This document shows positions 48,301-60,321 of a stretch of 64,000 nucleotides of DNA, one piece after another (the stretch's first letter is position 1; the number at the start of each line of letters is the position of its first letter). The position numbers and the translations under genes are program-made. The notes under the pieces are model-generated. The model did not search any database, was not told the DNA's origin, and was given only the letters and a program-made list of their open reading frames with translations. The stretch spans positions 2,294,001 to 2,358,000 of the forward strand of contig OZ231126.1 in the NCBI GenBank assembly GCA_965153355.1, in the 5' to 3' direction. This DNA is from Flaccisagitta enflata. Lineage: Eukaryota.

Positions 48301-48804
48301 CCATCTGTCTCTCTCCGCACTCCTATTGATGAAGCGTCGCCTCGCCCTCTCCTGCGGCGTCAGTCCGTTGATGATCCCGCGACCTCTTGCGAGAGCGTCG
48401 GCGTCGTCGAGATCCGCAAGCATGTCGTCGGCCTGCTCCATCGGAGACGCTCGCGCAGGTTCGATTTCCGACACCAAGTCTGAAACCCACTGATTGACGG
48501 CATCTCCTCTTTGAATCGGCGGCAGATCTAAAAATTGGCCGCCAGTTGGAGATTGCGCACCATGTCGAGGGATTGGAAGTGGTAGATACTCGGATCCGTC
48601 GGGGTTTGGCGAAGACGTTCGCATCCTTGGAGTTGGAGCGCCAGTAATATTGTCACGGGCAGCATGAGTGTCAGTTGGGAGACTGTTCCATGAAAATTCA
48701 TTGACGGGTCTTTTACGATTCCCAATGTCATTGTGCATTATGTCCACCATGTCGGCGCTGGAAGGAAAAACCTCTGGATAGTTTTCACGATCAAAGAAAC
48801 GCAT
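45373..48804 (-). pseudogene. BEL/Pao gag remnants
   Basis: Fragmented ORFs with a Q-rich/coiled-coil N-terminus and a degenerate triple Cys-His knuckle (VCSGIHQTENC...GHYAMGC...CQICKKRHTSIL). Confidence 0.75.
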
Positions 48805-49190
48805 GGAGTTCCATTCGCGCCGGATTCGACGCAGAGTGGACGCCGCGAATCAAAGAGGGTCGCCGGGCATCGAGTCGAGCGCCATTTGCCTTGCATATGA
48901 TATAAATGTAGACTATATCCCCGAAGGCCGTGGTCGAGCGCCATTCGATCTACATGCGGCGCCGTTTTAAATTATCTGGCCCTTGCGCAGCGGCAACGGC
49001 GCTGAAAAAGGGGCGTCGGCATCCTTCCCATCTCCGGGCCGCGGATGTCGCTCTCACAGACGCAAACGATTCACCCTCGGACACTGATTCAAACCGGGCG
49101 AGATACGATGACGCTGAAGCAGTCGGCGACGTGTCGCCAGGCACGCTGGGCGTCGCCATTGTCCAATTTCCCTCGCTGGGAGGTCCAAGA

Positions 49191-50134
49191 TGTAAAGAGT
49201 CGCAGTCGCTTTTAAATTGCTGAAATATAAGTTACGCCCCACGAGTTTCAACTGGCACTGTCTATGAGCCTCTATCTGACTGACGATTTGTGGTGAAAGA
49301 AAGCTGGCTGATTGGTAAATAGGCGACGCCTCTGCTTTATTCCATAAAAATTTCAACAACTGAAGAGAGGGGGAAAAATGAAAGGGAAAGTGGGCGTTAA
49401 TGATGATCAGCAAACGCAAAAGATAACATGAAATCGAGATAGGACACAATAAAGGACAGAAACAGCACATGACAACATGTTCATCTTCTTCAGAGCCCAT
49501 GCCACCTGACAATACCTGCCCTGCCCTGCTCATCCCAGATAAATTATCCATATCATCCCCATAGTAAGCTGATCGGGCAAACGATAAAAAACCATACTAA
49601 AATCCGGCGATAAAAATGCAAAAATGCAAAGACAAAAATAACAGACCGGAAGACAAGATAAAAACAACGTTACTAAAAGCAAAACGCGTCTATAAAACTT
49701 ACTTTTAGGCCCACTTTCGTTGGTTTCAACCCACAGTCTGTCGATGTCAAACTAACGTTAATTGTCCGTTCATAAGTTTATCTGCAATAAAAAGATGAGA
49801 GATTATTGAAATTAGTGAATTCCAAGGGCACATTCAATCAATCGCGAAAAATCAATCAATCACTTTAGGAAGCAATGCCGTAAATAAATAAAAACAATCA
49901 ATCCAAAATTGGATGACACGAAGACGAGTTACGTATGTTTGTTTACGTAATAAAAACAAATGGCATAAAATACAAGGCGCAACCATATGGTTACCCATCT
50001 AGCCTTCATTATAAGAAATGGCGAGAAACAAAAGACACCGGCATTGAATAATAAGAAAAGAGGAAAAGCCAAAAGCACGCAAAAGAAACAAAAGCACACA
50101 TACTTAATCAACGGACGGACATACATTTCTAACA
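49191..50134 (-). repeat. BEL/Pao 5' LTR
   Basis: TGTTAG...TTTACA on the minus strand, followed 3 nt later by the PBS-like TGGACCTCCCAGCG. Confidence 0.85.
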
Positions 50135-50658
50135 GCCATAGAGCAATATTGTAACTTCTGTCCCAAGCCTTTGTTCTCTACAATATTGCTCATATCTCTC
50201 TCAAATGTTCTAGAAGCCCAAAGGAAGAAGATTCTCCTTCTTATAGCTATCTCCTTCTAATAGGTCTCCTTCCTTCTAGAACACTGGGAAGGTATAAAAA
50301 GGCGATCTCCCCTTATTGTGGGCTCTCTTTCCAATGTGTTACTGTTACACTTTCACATTGTTGGCAACGTGTTGTCAGATAAGTCTTGCTGATATGCCTA
50401 TGTATCAAATACAGTAAAAGAAATAATAACATACTTGTCTTACTATCATTTACACAACAAGCTACTGTGCCTACCTATATGATAGGTGAAATCTAAGTCC
50501 AGTGGATAGGTGTAAGTATTTTAGTGGTATGGTGTTAGCTCAGCCACCTGTAAGGAGGAGTGAGTGGAAGGATATCTGCCACCTTAGCCTATCTTAAGTT
50601 ATGTCAATAGATGGTTGACCAACCGGTCTGACCCCCTTTATCTTCAGATGGTGGCAGC
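50135..50658 (+). mobile_element. Gypsy-like LTR (5' 14 bp displaced to 41585-41598 by the BEL insertion) with tRNA-Leu-like PBS
   Basis: Reconstructed TGTAACAATGCCATAGAGC...TCTTCA (TG...CA); TATAAAA at 50293; TGGTGGCAGC at 50649-50658. No partner LTR found in the window. Confidence 0.55.
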
Positions 50659-50985
50659 ATATCACGGGAAGTGGTCCTTTCTGTCGGTTTTTGTAGGGGA
50701 GGAGTGCTTCCGGTATGATTCGATACTAAAAACCAACACGCTATGTTAAAATCATTGATATAACAATACTGGCACAAATATGGAATGATACATAAAATTA
50801 TCAGCAATTCGGCTGGTTAAAATAGTAATTTAACCCCCGAATAGGTAGATAAGGCCCTACCTTGACTTACGAAGAGAGCAAGCATGTGAGGAAGGCGGGC
50901 CGCGATGGCCACGGTGGTTGGTGGACCAAGACGAGTGACCCGCAAAGACGCCCAGTGTGCGGTTTCCATCCTTGTGGCTGGACGC

Positions 50986-51236
50986 GATCACCAAAGAAGC
51001 CGTCACCTGCAAAGAAGTCACCAAAGCGACAGTCCCCAAAGCAGCGGTCACCAAAAAATCCGTCCCCGACGAAAAGGTCACCAAAGCAGCGGTCCCCGAC
51101 GCAGCGGTCCCCGACGCAGTGGTCCCCCACGCAGCGGTCCCCGACGCAGCGGTCCCCAAAGCAGCGGTCCCTGACACAGCGATCCCCAAAGCAGCGGTCC
51201 CCAAAGCAGCGGTCCCCGGCAAGGCAATCCCCGACG
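50986..51236 (+). repeat. 15-bp GC-rich minisatellite (GCAGCGGTCCCCAAA-type)
   Basis: About 17 units; reads as SP(K/T)QR pentapeptides in ORF 50862-51347. Followed by a 114-bp tandem duplication at 51253-51478. Confidence 0.85.
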
Positions 51237-54160
51237 GCTTCTGAGGTGAAAGATCTTCCGAGAGTCCAAATTCAACCTTCATCCACTGAGGTCTTCGCCT
51301 GTGAACGCGCAATCAGTGAGCCAAATCCACGATCTTGCATCACATAGAGGAACAAGCAAGTAAAATATCTTCCGAGAGTCCAAATTCAACCTTCATCCAC
51401 CGAGGTCTTCGCCTGTGAACGCGGAATCAGTGAGCCAAATCCACGATCTTGCATCACATAGAGGAACAAGCAAGTAAACAATATTAGGAAGTGCCATTAT
51501 GCACATGAGACAATCAATCGGCTACATTCAGCTTTGCCGTCCCTCAACTTAATCGGGTAGTTTTATCATAAGATTTATTTAAAAAACCCGATGCTACGTA
51601 CTTAATTTACTTGTGTTATTTTACGACTTCGCGTTTCGCTTAAAGGGGCCCATAAGCTGATTTCTAACTATAATAGATTAAATCTGTGGTCCCTTGATAT
51701 TACGAGTTGCGGGATTTAGATGTGCAAAACACTATCATTCTGAATATTTAACGTTATTTCGCAACCAACGGTTTTTTTTTAAGTGCGCCGAGACACTTCT
51801 GTCTGGCTGTGTCCGTTGGTTGGTCGGTCGGTCTGTGGGTTAATTACGCATTTGGTTGTTGATCCACAGTATATCTTAAATTGGCCTAGTTAACTTTGTT
51901 TTTTCCCTTGACTTTGTGCTCTTAAAGGAATTGTCGGTCGGTCGGGCTGTAGGTAGAGTTTTGTAAAACGCCAAGGTTTTAAGCAGTCTCATTAAATCAT
52001 TCTGACTGCTTATTGGCTGTTTCCTAATTTGTTATCTAAAGCGTACTGCGTTAAAAGCAAATTAAGAGGTGAAATTTATTTAAGTCACAGACCCGCAACT
52101 TCCGTGCTTTCTGTGTTGGCTGGTCAGTCAGTTTGTCAGTCGCATTTTTGATTGTGAGCGACTTTGGCATTATTGACCCTGCCCACCCATCCGCGACTAA
52201 AGCATAGCCTAAACAGCCTTGTTTACTTAACTAATGTGCCTTTTTTGCAACTTAAAGGAAAAATATTTTTTTCCCATTGAACCGCAATTTGGTTAACCGG
52301 TAAATAGGGCAAATACCGTCAGTGGTTCATAAGTTTATACTTAAGATTTTTTTTTTATCGCGATCTTTGGTCACCTTTTTTGATTCACCTGATTTGAAAC
52401 TCAATAAATCAGACGGATTTTTTTCTGGTATAATTGAGCAAGCTCAAAGCCCGAGCGGAAGCCGATTTCTTTTTTCCTCTCGCTCATTGAGTATCATCGT
52501 TTTTTTTTTGGGTTGCGAACTCGTAACTCTTTACATTGGGTATGTTTCTATGGATGACGGGAATCTCGATTGTTTCCGTTAGATGCAATATCAGTGTGAA
52601 CACGTACAAGCGAGCCTGTTATCGAAACGAGCGGACAAAGTGAACGCTGCAATGCAAGTGAGCGGAGTGAGTGATTCAAGTAAGCGGAATAAACTGTTCA
52701 AGTGAGCGGTTCAGGTGAGCAGTGCGAGCGAGCGAACAAAGAGCGACCGAGTGGCCCGTTTAAAAGTGCGGTTGCTACAAATAAACAGACCCATCGTCGG
52801 ATAACAGGTTGGTCGGTTGGTTCACCCGTTACGCCCCTGACTCCCTTTTCTGCTCCTGACCAACGGTTCCCAGTCTAAGTCCCTTCCAGATTACCTGGTT
52901 GATAAACAAATTCGAAAAGCAAAATTTTTCCACATTGCCTTTTGTAAGCTGTGATCTTTGATTTTTTTTTCAAGACAAGAAGACATCACACGTCTTTTCG
53001 ATTTTGTCAAAATTCAGAACCCGAATTGACGTCGTTCTGATTGCCTTGAACGACCTTTTGGTATTACCTTTTGGTCGAATTTCTCTAAAATCCCGTGTGA
53101 AACCTGGGTTTTATCTCTGATCCGCCAGGAGGAGATAATAATTTTTGGGGAGGATTTTCCCGATTTTAGCTAGATCATTACCAAAATCTGGATAAAAATC
53201 TTGATTTCAAGCTTAAATCATTCTACTCTTGGCTAAATTTGATCAATATCTTGATTTTTAACTAAAATTTCTCCGATTGTAGCTGGATTTTTACCAATAT
53301 CTGACGGAAAATCTTGATTTCAGTGTTCTGACTTAAATCTGTCTATGTTTGACTGGATTTTGTCAAAATCCTGATTTTTAGCTAATTTTCCCCGATTTTT
53401 GGCTGATTTTCCCCGATTTTTAGCTAGATTTCAGCCCAAATTTAACAAGATTTCTTGATTTTGGGCTTAAATCGTTTTATGTCTGGTTAGATGTTAACAA
53501 GATCTCGATAATTGGCTGGAATTTCTTCGATTTTGGCTAAATTTTTATCGAAATCTGGCAGAAAATGGTGATAACTTTGAATCGTTTTTGGCTTAGCTAA
53601 ATTTGTGTCAAATCCTAGCACATTGCTGAATATCACTCAACATCTGATCTTGGATTGAACAGTAAAGTAGTTGGTTGATCAATCCCCCTTCTTGTTTAAA
53701 AAGACTTTTTTTTTAAATCTTTGGCCCACTTTTTTTTTTTTTGCCAAGTGTCATCAACCCGTGCGGCCGTAACAGTGCCCTTACTTGTCTGCATGTGACC
53801 TGAGTAAGTTAGCGACTTTATTGTTTTCAAAACAGCATAACTTATGTAGTATTGGGGATAAGTGGTTAATGGTATTACCCTGTGCTCACAGCCCAATCTG
53901 GTTTTTCTAGCCCTGCTGAATTAATCATGGCTACCTATAATCCTATGCAAGACGCTGGGGGCATAGCCGATCAAGGAAGTGTTTTTCTGGACTGCAATGG
54001 CAACGCGGTTGACTCTCCGCCTGGAGAAGGCATGTATGGAAATGCAGCAAAGATGTTGGGCACCTTCGAGATTCACAAAACTTGGTCAAAAGCCTCCATT
54101 CCCATCGAAACATAGACAACGAAATCTCGCAAGTCATATACAGGGCCCGACCCGAGTTCA

Positions 54161-57100
54161 ATGGCTCATCTTGGGTTCCAATCTGAACATGATAGGGCCA
54201 ATTATGAAAAATACAGCCCTCTCGTTTCGTTGCCCCAAGTGCAACCACAATCTTCAGCCTTTGGACCAACCTCTCACAACGCCACTCACAATGTTACTGA
54301 ACTGGGATTTGGTGTCGAAAGCAATAATGTGACTAACCCCGCAGATGATCGAACGTCTGGTGGAGGTGCCACAGGTGATGGTGGTGGTCATTCCCCCGAC
54401 TATTCAGATGGCGCTAGCAGCTTTAATAACGACAGTGAGGATGAAAATGACTTTTCGTCAGACGCTGAAGATGATGATTCAAGATTGCGTCCCCAAACCC
54501 ACCTGGAACATGCGGAAGACCTGAAAAACAAATTGAACTCGGTTGAATATGAGCCTACTTATTCATCAGGTAGCGGTAAGTCATTCAGGGAATTCTTTAG
54601 CCAATTCTACACCATTTTTGCTACCTACATGTGCCTTACTGGTGCTGCACTAAAGATGAAGTTCTGCCAGTGCTTTGAGCAAGAGGATGAGCGATTTTAT
54701 GTAATGTCCATCAGTTCCCAATACCCTCACTACAGTATACATCAATTAGGGGCCCATGTTAGTGGCTATGTCAGCTCCGAGAGCCAGACTTATTTCAAAA
54801 ATAAGTTAGATCTTCTTTGCCGACGGGAAAATGAAAATCTTCCTGGTTTCGCCCTGAAACTGAAGACCTACTTCATGCATGCCATTCCCCCTGACCAGTT
54901 TTGGACGATCTTTGGCAGTGATCTTTATGAAAATCTCCAGCTGCGCTGTTTTTTGGAAAAAATAGCCAATCCGGAATTAGCCCGCAGAATTGTGGCAAGA
55001 AATGTACAGACAGTCGACCAAGCAGTCAATTTCTCTGTTGAAGTTGTACATTCTGTTGAAGCTGGAGAAATTGCGTCAGATTTTTCTGCATTACATGGTC
55101 AAGAACCATACTCACTAGATGAGGAGCTCCAACTTATGCACTCCACAAATCCAACAGGAAACGCGATGAATGTACAAGAGTGCAAAGTATTGGACAATGG
55201 GGAAATGCTGTACGCGCTCTCAACTCTGCCCAGCTCTGCCAAAGCAAAAAAGAGGCCGGCACTATTGGAAGACGACAGTGCAAAGGGTTATGGCAGTGAC
55301 AATGGTGATACGGTCTCAGAATGCGCAGCGGAATGTGGATCTGTGCGGTCGGTGGCAAAGTTTAGTCCATCTGTCAAATTCGGTCCGTCTGTGCCTAGTG
55401 CTAAGTCTGTGCTTGGTGCCAAGTCCATGTCTAATGCCCAATCTGTTACCTGTGACAAATCTGTTGCATGGACTGCTAAATCTGTGTCTGGTGCCAAGTC
55501 TGTTTTTAACACTGGATCGATGTCAAATGCCAGACCTGTAACCATTGCCAAGTCCGAGTCTGGTGCGAAGTCTGTATTTAGCGCTGGATCAATGTTGGAT
55601 GTGACAAGTGCTAAGTCCGTGTCTGGTGCCAGGTCTGTGTCTAGCGTTAAATCTATGACTGGTGCCAGGTCTGTGCTGAGTGCTCGGACTATGTCTGGGG
55701 TCAAGTCTGTATCTAACACTGAATCTGTTTCTGGAGCAAAACTGGTGTCAGGTGCTCAGTCTGTGTGTGGTGCTAAGGCTGTGTCTAGTGCCCAATCCGT
55801 AGCAAGCGCTAAATCTATGCCTGGTGCTAGATCCGTGTCAGGCTATGGAAGTGTTTCGGACTCCAGAAGTGTGTCAAATGCCACGTCTGTGCCCAGGGCT
55901 AGATCTCTGCCACAGGTTAAGTCGATCCTGAAACCCCGGACTACCCTGAATTGTGATTCTGACCCCGAGACAACGGCGACTATAAATTCTGAAGGTGGAA
56001 TGTCGGATGAGGCTGACTCTGTTCAGGCTTTAGCGGACAAGCTTGAGCGAACGCTGTTGCTATGGGCAATTGACCGTCCTAAGAAGCGACCAAAGAGGCG
56101 GTCAAGGTTTAGCCCATTTACCCGCCTTAACCGACAGAAAAATGGGTCCAGGGGTGAAGTATGTACGATCTTGAATAAAAATGGAAGACCCAATCAGGAG
56201 GGTGCAAACAAGGAAAAGCCCAGGTTACCTGGCTATGTCGACCAATCAAATGGATACATCGCGGATTGCAAGACTCAAAGGCCAATTGAAAAGGTTCATT
56301 GCAATAGCCTTGTGTCTTCTGATGACTCATTTTTTCCCCATGTTGAAATACCTGGACTCGGTAGGCTGAATTTAGATACTGGCTCAAGCAAATCCATTGT
56401 TAGCCTTGAGCAGCTTCCATTTACAGCATCACTCAAACACTCTCCTCACCTTGTTTTAAACACTTTTGGGGAGGAAATGATGATGAATTATGAAGCTGAT
56501 ATTTGGCTCACAAATAACCCTCTTGCACTAGCTGCACCGGATGCGGGAATCAAAATTACTGCCTTAGTTGCGGAATCTGGAAGTTCCTTGCTAGCCTACC
56601 ACGACATAGCGAAACTAGGAATTGTGATTGGACGCGAAAACGTGAATTCTGGGGGAGAGAAGTCATTGCCAATTGAGCAAGAATGTGATCCCCTGGAAGT
56701 TAAGAAATTCAGTTTTGCGCCAGATCACACATCACAAATGGAAGAAAGTTGTGAATTCATGACTCCAGCTAACAGCGTAGACCTACAAAAAGGAATAACT
56801 GACAAAGTACAAGGGGAAAAACATGGGCAAAATCTTGAATCTGTCATCTCATTGCAAGAAGCAAGTGTACCTGATAGTGAATACTCGCCTCAATTAAACA
56901 CTTGTCAAGCCCATGAACAAAGCGACAATCAGCAGAATCAAGCCTCTTGTAAGTCAGTTCTACCTACAAGCCAACCAGGCCAACCACAAGCAGCTCTGCT
57001 TCATGAATTGCTGCAAACGACAAAAGAAAAAGAGTGCTTCTCAACTTCAGTACTATTCTGCTTCATTTCTGTCTTACTCTGTGTCATTCTTCCCCTCCTG

Positions 57101-57736
57101 CTTTTCATTGCTCCAATTGACACAACCAATCAGACAGAAATGCTGCATCAAGCAATTATTGGGTACAATCAATCAGCAGAATCTGGAAAATGCAAACAAC
57201 CGAGCTGTTCAGCCCAGATTCATGGAGGAAACGTAAAAAAATGCACTAACATCGAAATTGAGTCTGTTGCCGCAATTGTTGAACCAGGACATCAACCTGC
57301 AGCATTCTTACCTTTAGGTGTGGCATTGGATAAACAGCAGCAAAACGTCCATCCCAAAGAGCCATGGATTGATCCTCATCCAATGACAAAAGCATGGTTG
57401 AAAGTTCATTCTGAAGCAACCCGCCGCCAACTTTTGAAGCAAATGCAGCAGCCTGAAATAAAAAAGAGGCAAGTTGAAGGCAACCATAGAAAACTATGTG
57501 ACAAACCTCAGTCTGAAGCAACCCGCCAAAAACCTCTGCAGCAACTGCAGCAACCTGAGAGGAAAGAAAGCAGGGTTGCTGACAGCAATAAAACTAATGG
57601 TGGCAAAGTTCAATCTGTAGCAAGCCGCCAAAAACCTCTGCAGCAATTGCAACAATTTGAGAAAAATTATGTGGCAAAGCACCTCACCTGCATGTCGCCA
57701 AGCCGATCCTTGATGAAGAGTCTTGATCCTGGATAA
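54161..57736 (+). CDS. Gypsy-derived Gag-aspartic protease polyprotein with hexapeptide repeats and a TM segment, no RT/RNaseH/IN
   Basis: 1191-aa open frame. Capsid-like region (SFREFFSQF...RRENENLPGFALKLK...FLEKIANPELARRI). About 30 AKSVSG-type repeats. Protease motif LDTGSSKSIV (~56375). Hydrophobic VLFCFISVLLCVILPLLLFIA. The same frame extends to ATG 53927 across one TAG (54113-54115). Confidence 0.7.
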   Translation: MAHLGFQSEHDRANYEKYSPLVSLPQVQPQSSAFGPTSHNATHNVTELGFGVESNNVTNPADDRTSGGGATGDGGGHSPDYSDGASSFNNDSEDENDFSSDAEDDDSRLRPQTHLEHAEDLKNKLNSVEYEPTYSSGSGKSFREFFSQFYTIFATYMCLTGAALKMKFCQCFEQEDERFYVMSISSQYPHYSIHQLGAHVSGYVSSESQTYFKNKLDLLCRRENENLPGFALKLKTYFMHAIPPDQFWTIFGSDLYENLQLRCFLEKIANPELARRIVARNVQTVDQAVNFSVEVVHSVEAGEIASDFSALHGQEPYSLDEELQLMHSTNPTGNAMNVQECKVLDNGEMLYALSTLPSSAKAKKRPALLEDDSAKGYGSDNGDTVSECAAECGSVRSVAKFSPSVKFGPSVPSAKSVLGAKSMSNAQSVTCDKSVAWTAKSVSGAKSVFNTGSMSNARPVTIAKSESGAKSVFSAGSMLDVTSAKSVSGARSVSSVKSMTGARSVLSARTMSGVKSVSNTESVSGAKLVSGAQSVCGAKAVSSAQSVASAKSMPGARSVSGYGSVSDSRSVSNATSVPRARSLPQVKSILKPRTTLNCDSDPETTATINSEGGMSDEADSVQALADKLERTLLLWAIDRPKKRPKRRSRFSPFTRLNRQKNGSRGEVCTILNKNGRPNQEGANKEKPRLPGYVDQSNGYIADCKTQRPIEKVHCNSLVSSDDSFFPHVEIPGLGRLNLDTGSSKSIVSLEQLPFTASLKHSPHLVLNTFGEEMMMNYEADIWLTNNPLALAAPDAGIKITALVAESGSSLLAYHDIAKLGIVIGRENVNSGGEKSLPIEQECDPLEVKKFSFAPDHTSQMEESCEFMTPANSVDLQKGITDKVQGEKHGQNLESVISLQEASVPDSEYSPQLNTCQAHEQSDNQQNQASCKSVLPTSQPGQPQAALLHELLQTTKEKECFSTSVLFCFISVLLCVILPLLLFIAPIDTTNQTEMLHQAIIGYNQSAESGKCKQPSCSAQIHGGNVKKCTNIEIESVAAIVEPGHQPAAFLPLGVALDKQQQNVHPKEPWIDPHPMTKAWLKVHSEATRRQLLKQMQQPEIKKRQVEGNHRKLCDKPQSEATRQKPLQQLQQPERKESRVADSNKTNGGKVQSVASRQKPLQQLQQFEKNYVAKHLTCMSPSRSLMKSLDPG

Positions 57737-59525
57737 GTTTTCACTTCACTCGCCTGATGTACATAGTATGTTGTAAATAAACTATTTCCCTGCAACAAAA
57801 TAGCCAAAAAAACCTGACTCAACATTACATGTCGATTCCAAGAAAAGTTGACATAAACCAAATGTGTTTGAAATAAATCATTCGCGTCGCTCTTATCTCC
57901 CTTCTTTGAAAACTTAAATACTACTTCATCTCCGAGTTACACAGAAAATACTTAATGGACTGAATACTTAAATATTCGAATACCAGATTTGTACTCAATT
58001 TGTACTTAGACATCAATTAAGTTATACTGATCTCATCTTTCAAGTCTCCTTTAAAGACACTGCACACTGATTATTAATACTACCATGGAGGAAAGTAGAT
58101 ATACACCCCTGATATGATATATTGACTAAATATTTGAAAACGACTTGGTTGTTAACTAAGCATTTTAGTAAAGTTTTGGAAACCTTTCCAGAATCATTTT
58201 AGATAATTCTATGTGATCTTGTTATATCATTTATAAACAAATTTTATATTTTTAAAATGTTTTATTAGTTTTATCTGCCATTTTACAGCTACTAAAAATA
58301 TAGAAACTAAATTGCACTCATCTTATGATTCTGTTGATGAAGATTATTTTACCTTTCTGAAAAAGTATCTAGCTGTTTTTGAAAGATGAAATATCTTGTA
58401 TAAAGAGTATCTTTAAATTTTCATATTTTACTACCTTTAATGTTTTCAAATTTACAAAATAAGTGTTTTATCTATTTATCTGTAACAGAATTACAAGTTC
58501 TCAAATCAAATTTATTTCAATTAATTATTGATAAAGTTTTGGATTTTTTTTCTCTTTTAATATAGCGTTTAGGGGTTAAGATATCCTTTTTAGAAGGTGT
58601 ATGTATACTTGTCTCCATGATGGTAACTCCCATTAAAAATGGCTAAGTCTACAAAAGCGCAATTACATCGCTATGACAATAAATGAACATCTGCACCAAT
58701 GTGTCTGTTTTGAGAGTTCATAATCTACTTGGCAAGACACTGACAATTTCAAGTTGTCTTTAGTGGCAAAAGGAAAACTTAAATCAAATCTAGTTGGACA
58801 TCGGCACAATGCCAGCTGTGAATGGAAAAATAGCAAGCTTACCCACACATTGATTTCCCAATCACGATGAACCAACTGAATCCCCTAAGTCCCGTGCACA
58901 ACGCATATTCTTCTCAAATGCTTCAGCAGCATTAGGAAGGGAGTTCAACTGCGGAAACAGATGCTGGGACCCCAATGGAAGCTTGTATAATAGCAGCCGG
59001 AGCTTGAGTTGCAGCAATGGGCGCGGCTTTGCCAACTGCTGACCTTTCTCTTGTTGCTGCAGAGGTGGGTTCTGTAGCATGAAACTTTGAAGCAGAAGCA
59101 AGTTTTTCTATAGGTTAAAGTGACGCGGAGGCCGTGGTTGTGTTGGCGTGAGTTTTGCGTTTTAGGGAGCTTCTTCTAACGGTTAGCTTCATCCTAGCTA
59201 TCTCTGCCTTCCTCCCCGCCTTTGCCCTTTCCTTCCAGTCTTTGGTAGAACGGGAAACCTCTGTTGCTCCGTCTTTCACATGTGTAAGGAAGACGCTTTT
59301 CTTGTTTGTCCTTTTCATGGGTTCAACAGAATGTTTCTTACGGACCGGTTCTTTGAGGAAATGGAGATGGGCAGCCTGCTCCTCCTCTACTGAAATTGAG
59401 ACTACGGGTTCAAACATCTTGATGGTCTCCTTCATATCTGCCAAAGTGTCTTTTGTCTTGGAAGGAACTGCTTTTGAAGAGCGGTTGTTGACTTTTTGAG
59501 CTCTTGCGCAAATGGCAGCGTCAAA

Positions 59526-60321
59526 ATGGTGAAGACGTTTCAAGCGTATTTGCCGGGCACATGTCATCGCACTTATTCGTGCGTCCATTGCCGCGCTCAC
59601 CTCGCCAACCACGATGAGTTGATTTCTAAATCCTTCCAGGTACGTCAGTTTGAAAAAAAAAGGGATTGTTTGAGCATGTGTGTACGGAGATTCATAATTA
59701 AGTTTTCAGCAGTTCCCATACAGCGTAATAGCGCTTATCACTTTAAAAACAGCTCTGTGCATGTGTTAACTTTCAGTCGGCCTAAAGTGAAGTCATAGCT
59801 TGAGCTGCTTGTCTCAGTCAGCTACGGCCCATTTATTTAGTTCCTCTTTGTCTGGTTCTGGTTGTACTACCTTCGAAATAAGTTTATCGCATCATTTGAA
59901 TTTTGGAAGTATTTCAATTTCTCAATATTATTTTATTTTTATGAAAATTTATGAAAAGTATGCCTTTTTAAAGGATAAATACGATAACTCATTTCCAAGA
60001 TAGTAATCGTGACTTCTCCCCTTTCTTTGTCCATAACAGGGCAGTCAGGGCCGCGCCTACCTGTTCAACTCCGTGGTAAACGTGGGATGCGGTCCCGCGG
60101 AGGAGCGCCTGCTGTTGACGGGCCTCCACGCGGTGGCTGACATCTTCTGCGAATGCTGCAAGACGCCTCTGGGATGGAAGTACGAACGCGCCTTCGAGTC
60201 CAGCCAAAAGTACAAAGAGGGCAAGTTCATCATCGAGCTCGCTCACATGATCAAGGACAACCGCTGGGATCGAGACACCAGAGACAGGCTAGACAGCGGC
60301 GGCTCCAGCACCAGCAACTGA
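59526..60321 (+). CDS. YPEL: Protein yippee-like (YPEL1/2/3-type), 131 aa, 2 exons
   Basis: Exons 59526-59639 and 60040-60321 (CAG|gtacgt...aacag|GGC). MVKTFQAYL...[71 protein letters not shown]...[15 protein letters not shown] is the conserved yippee sequence. Confidence 0.95.

Larger units (their letters stand above)
41599..50134 (-). mobile_element. BEL/Pao LTR retrotransposon, internally deleted and degenerate
   Basis: Highly similar ~910-bp LTRs at 41599-42512 and 49226-50134. 5-bp TSD GCCAT (41594-41598, 50135-50139). PPT AAAATGGGGCAGAA abuts the 3' LTR. Degenerate tRNA-Tyr-like PBS at 49174-49187. Gag and integrase-region remnants present; no RT motif seen. Confidence 0.9.

Noticed and set aside
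58575-58620. PPT and 3' LTR start for the Gypsy-like element
   Set aside because: The following sequence does not match the LTR at 50135-50646.
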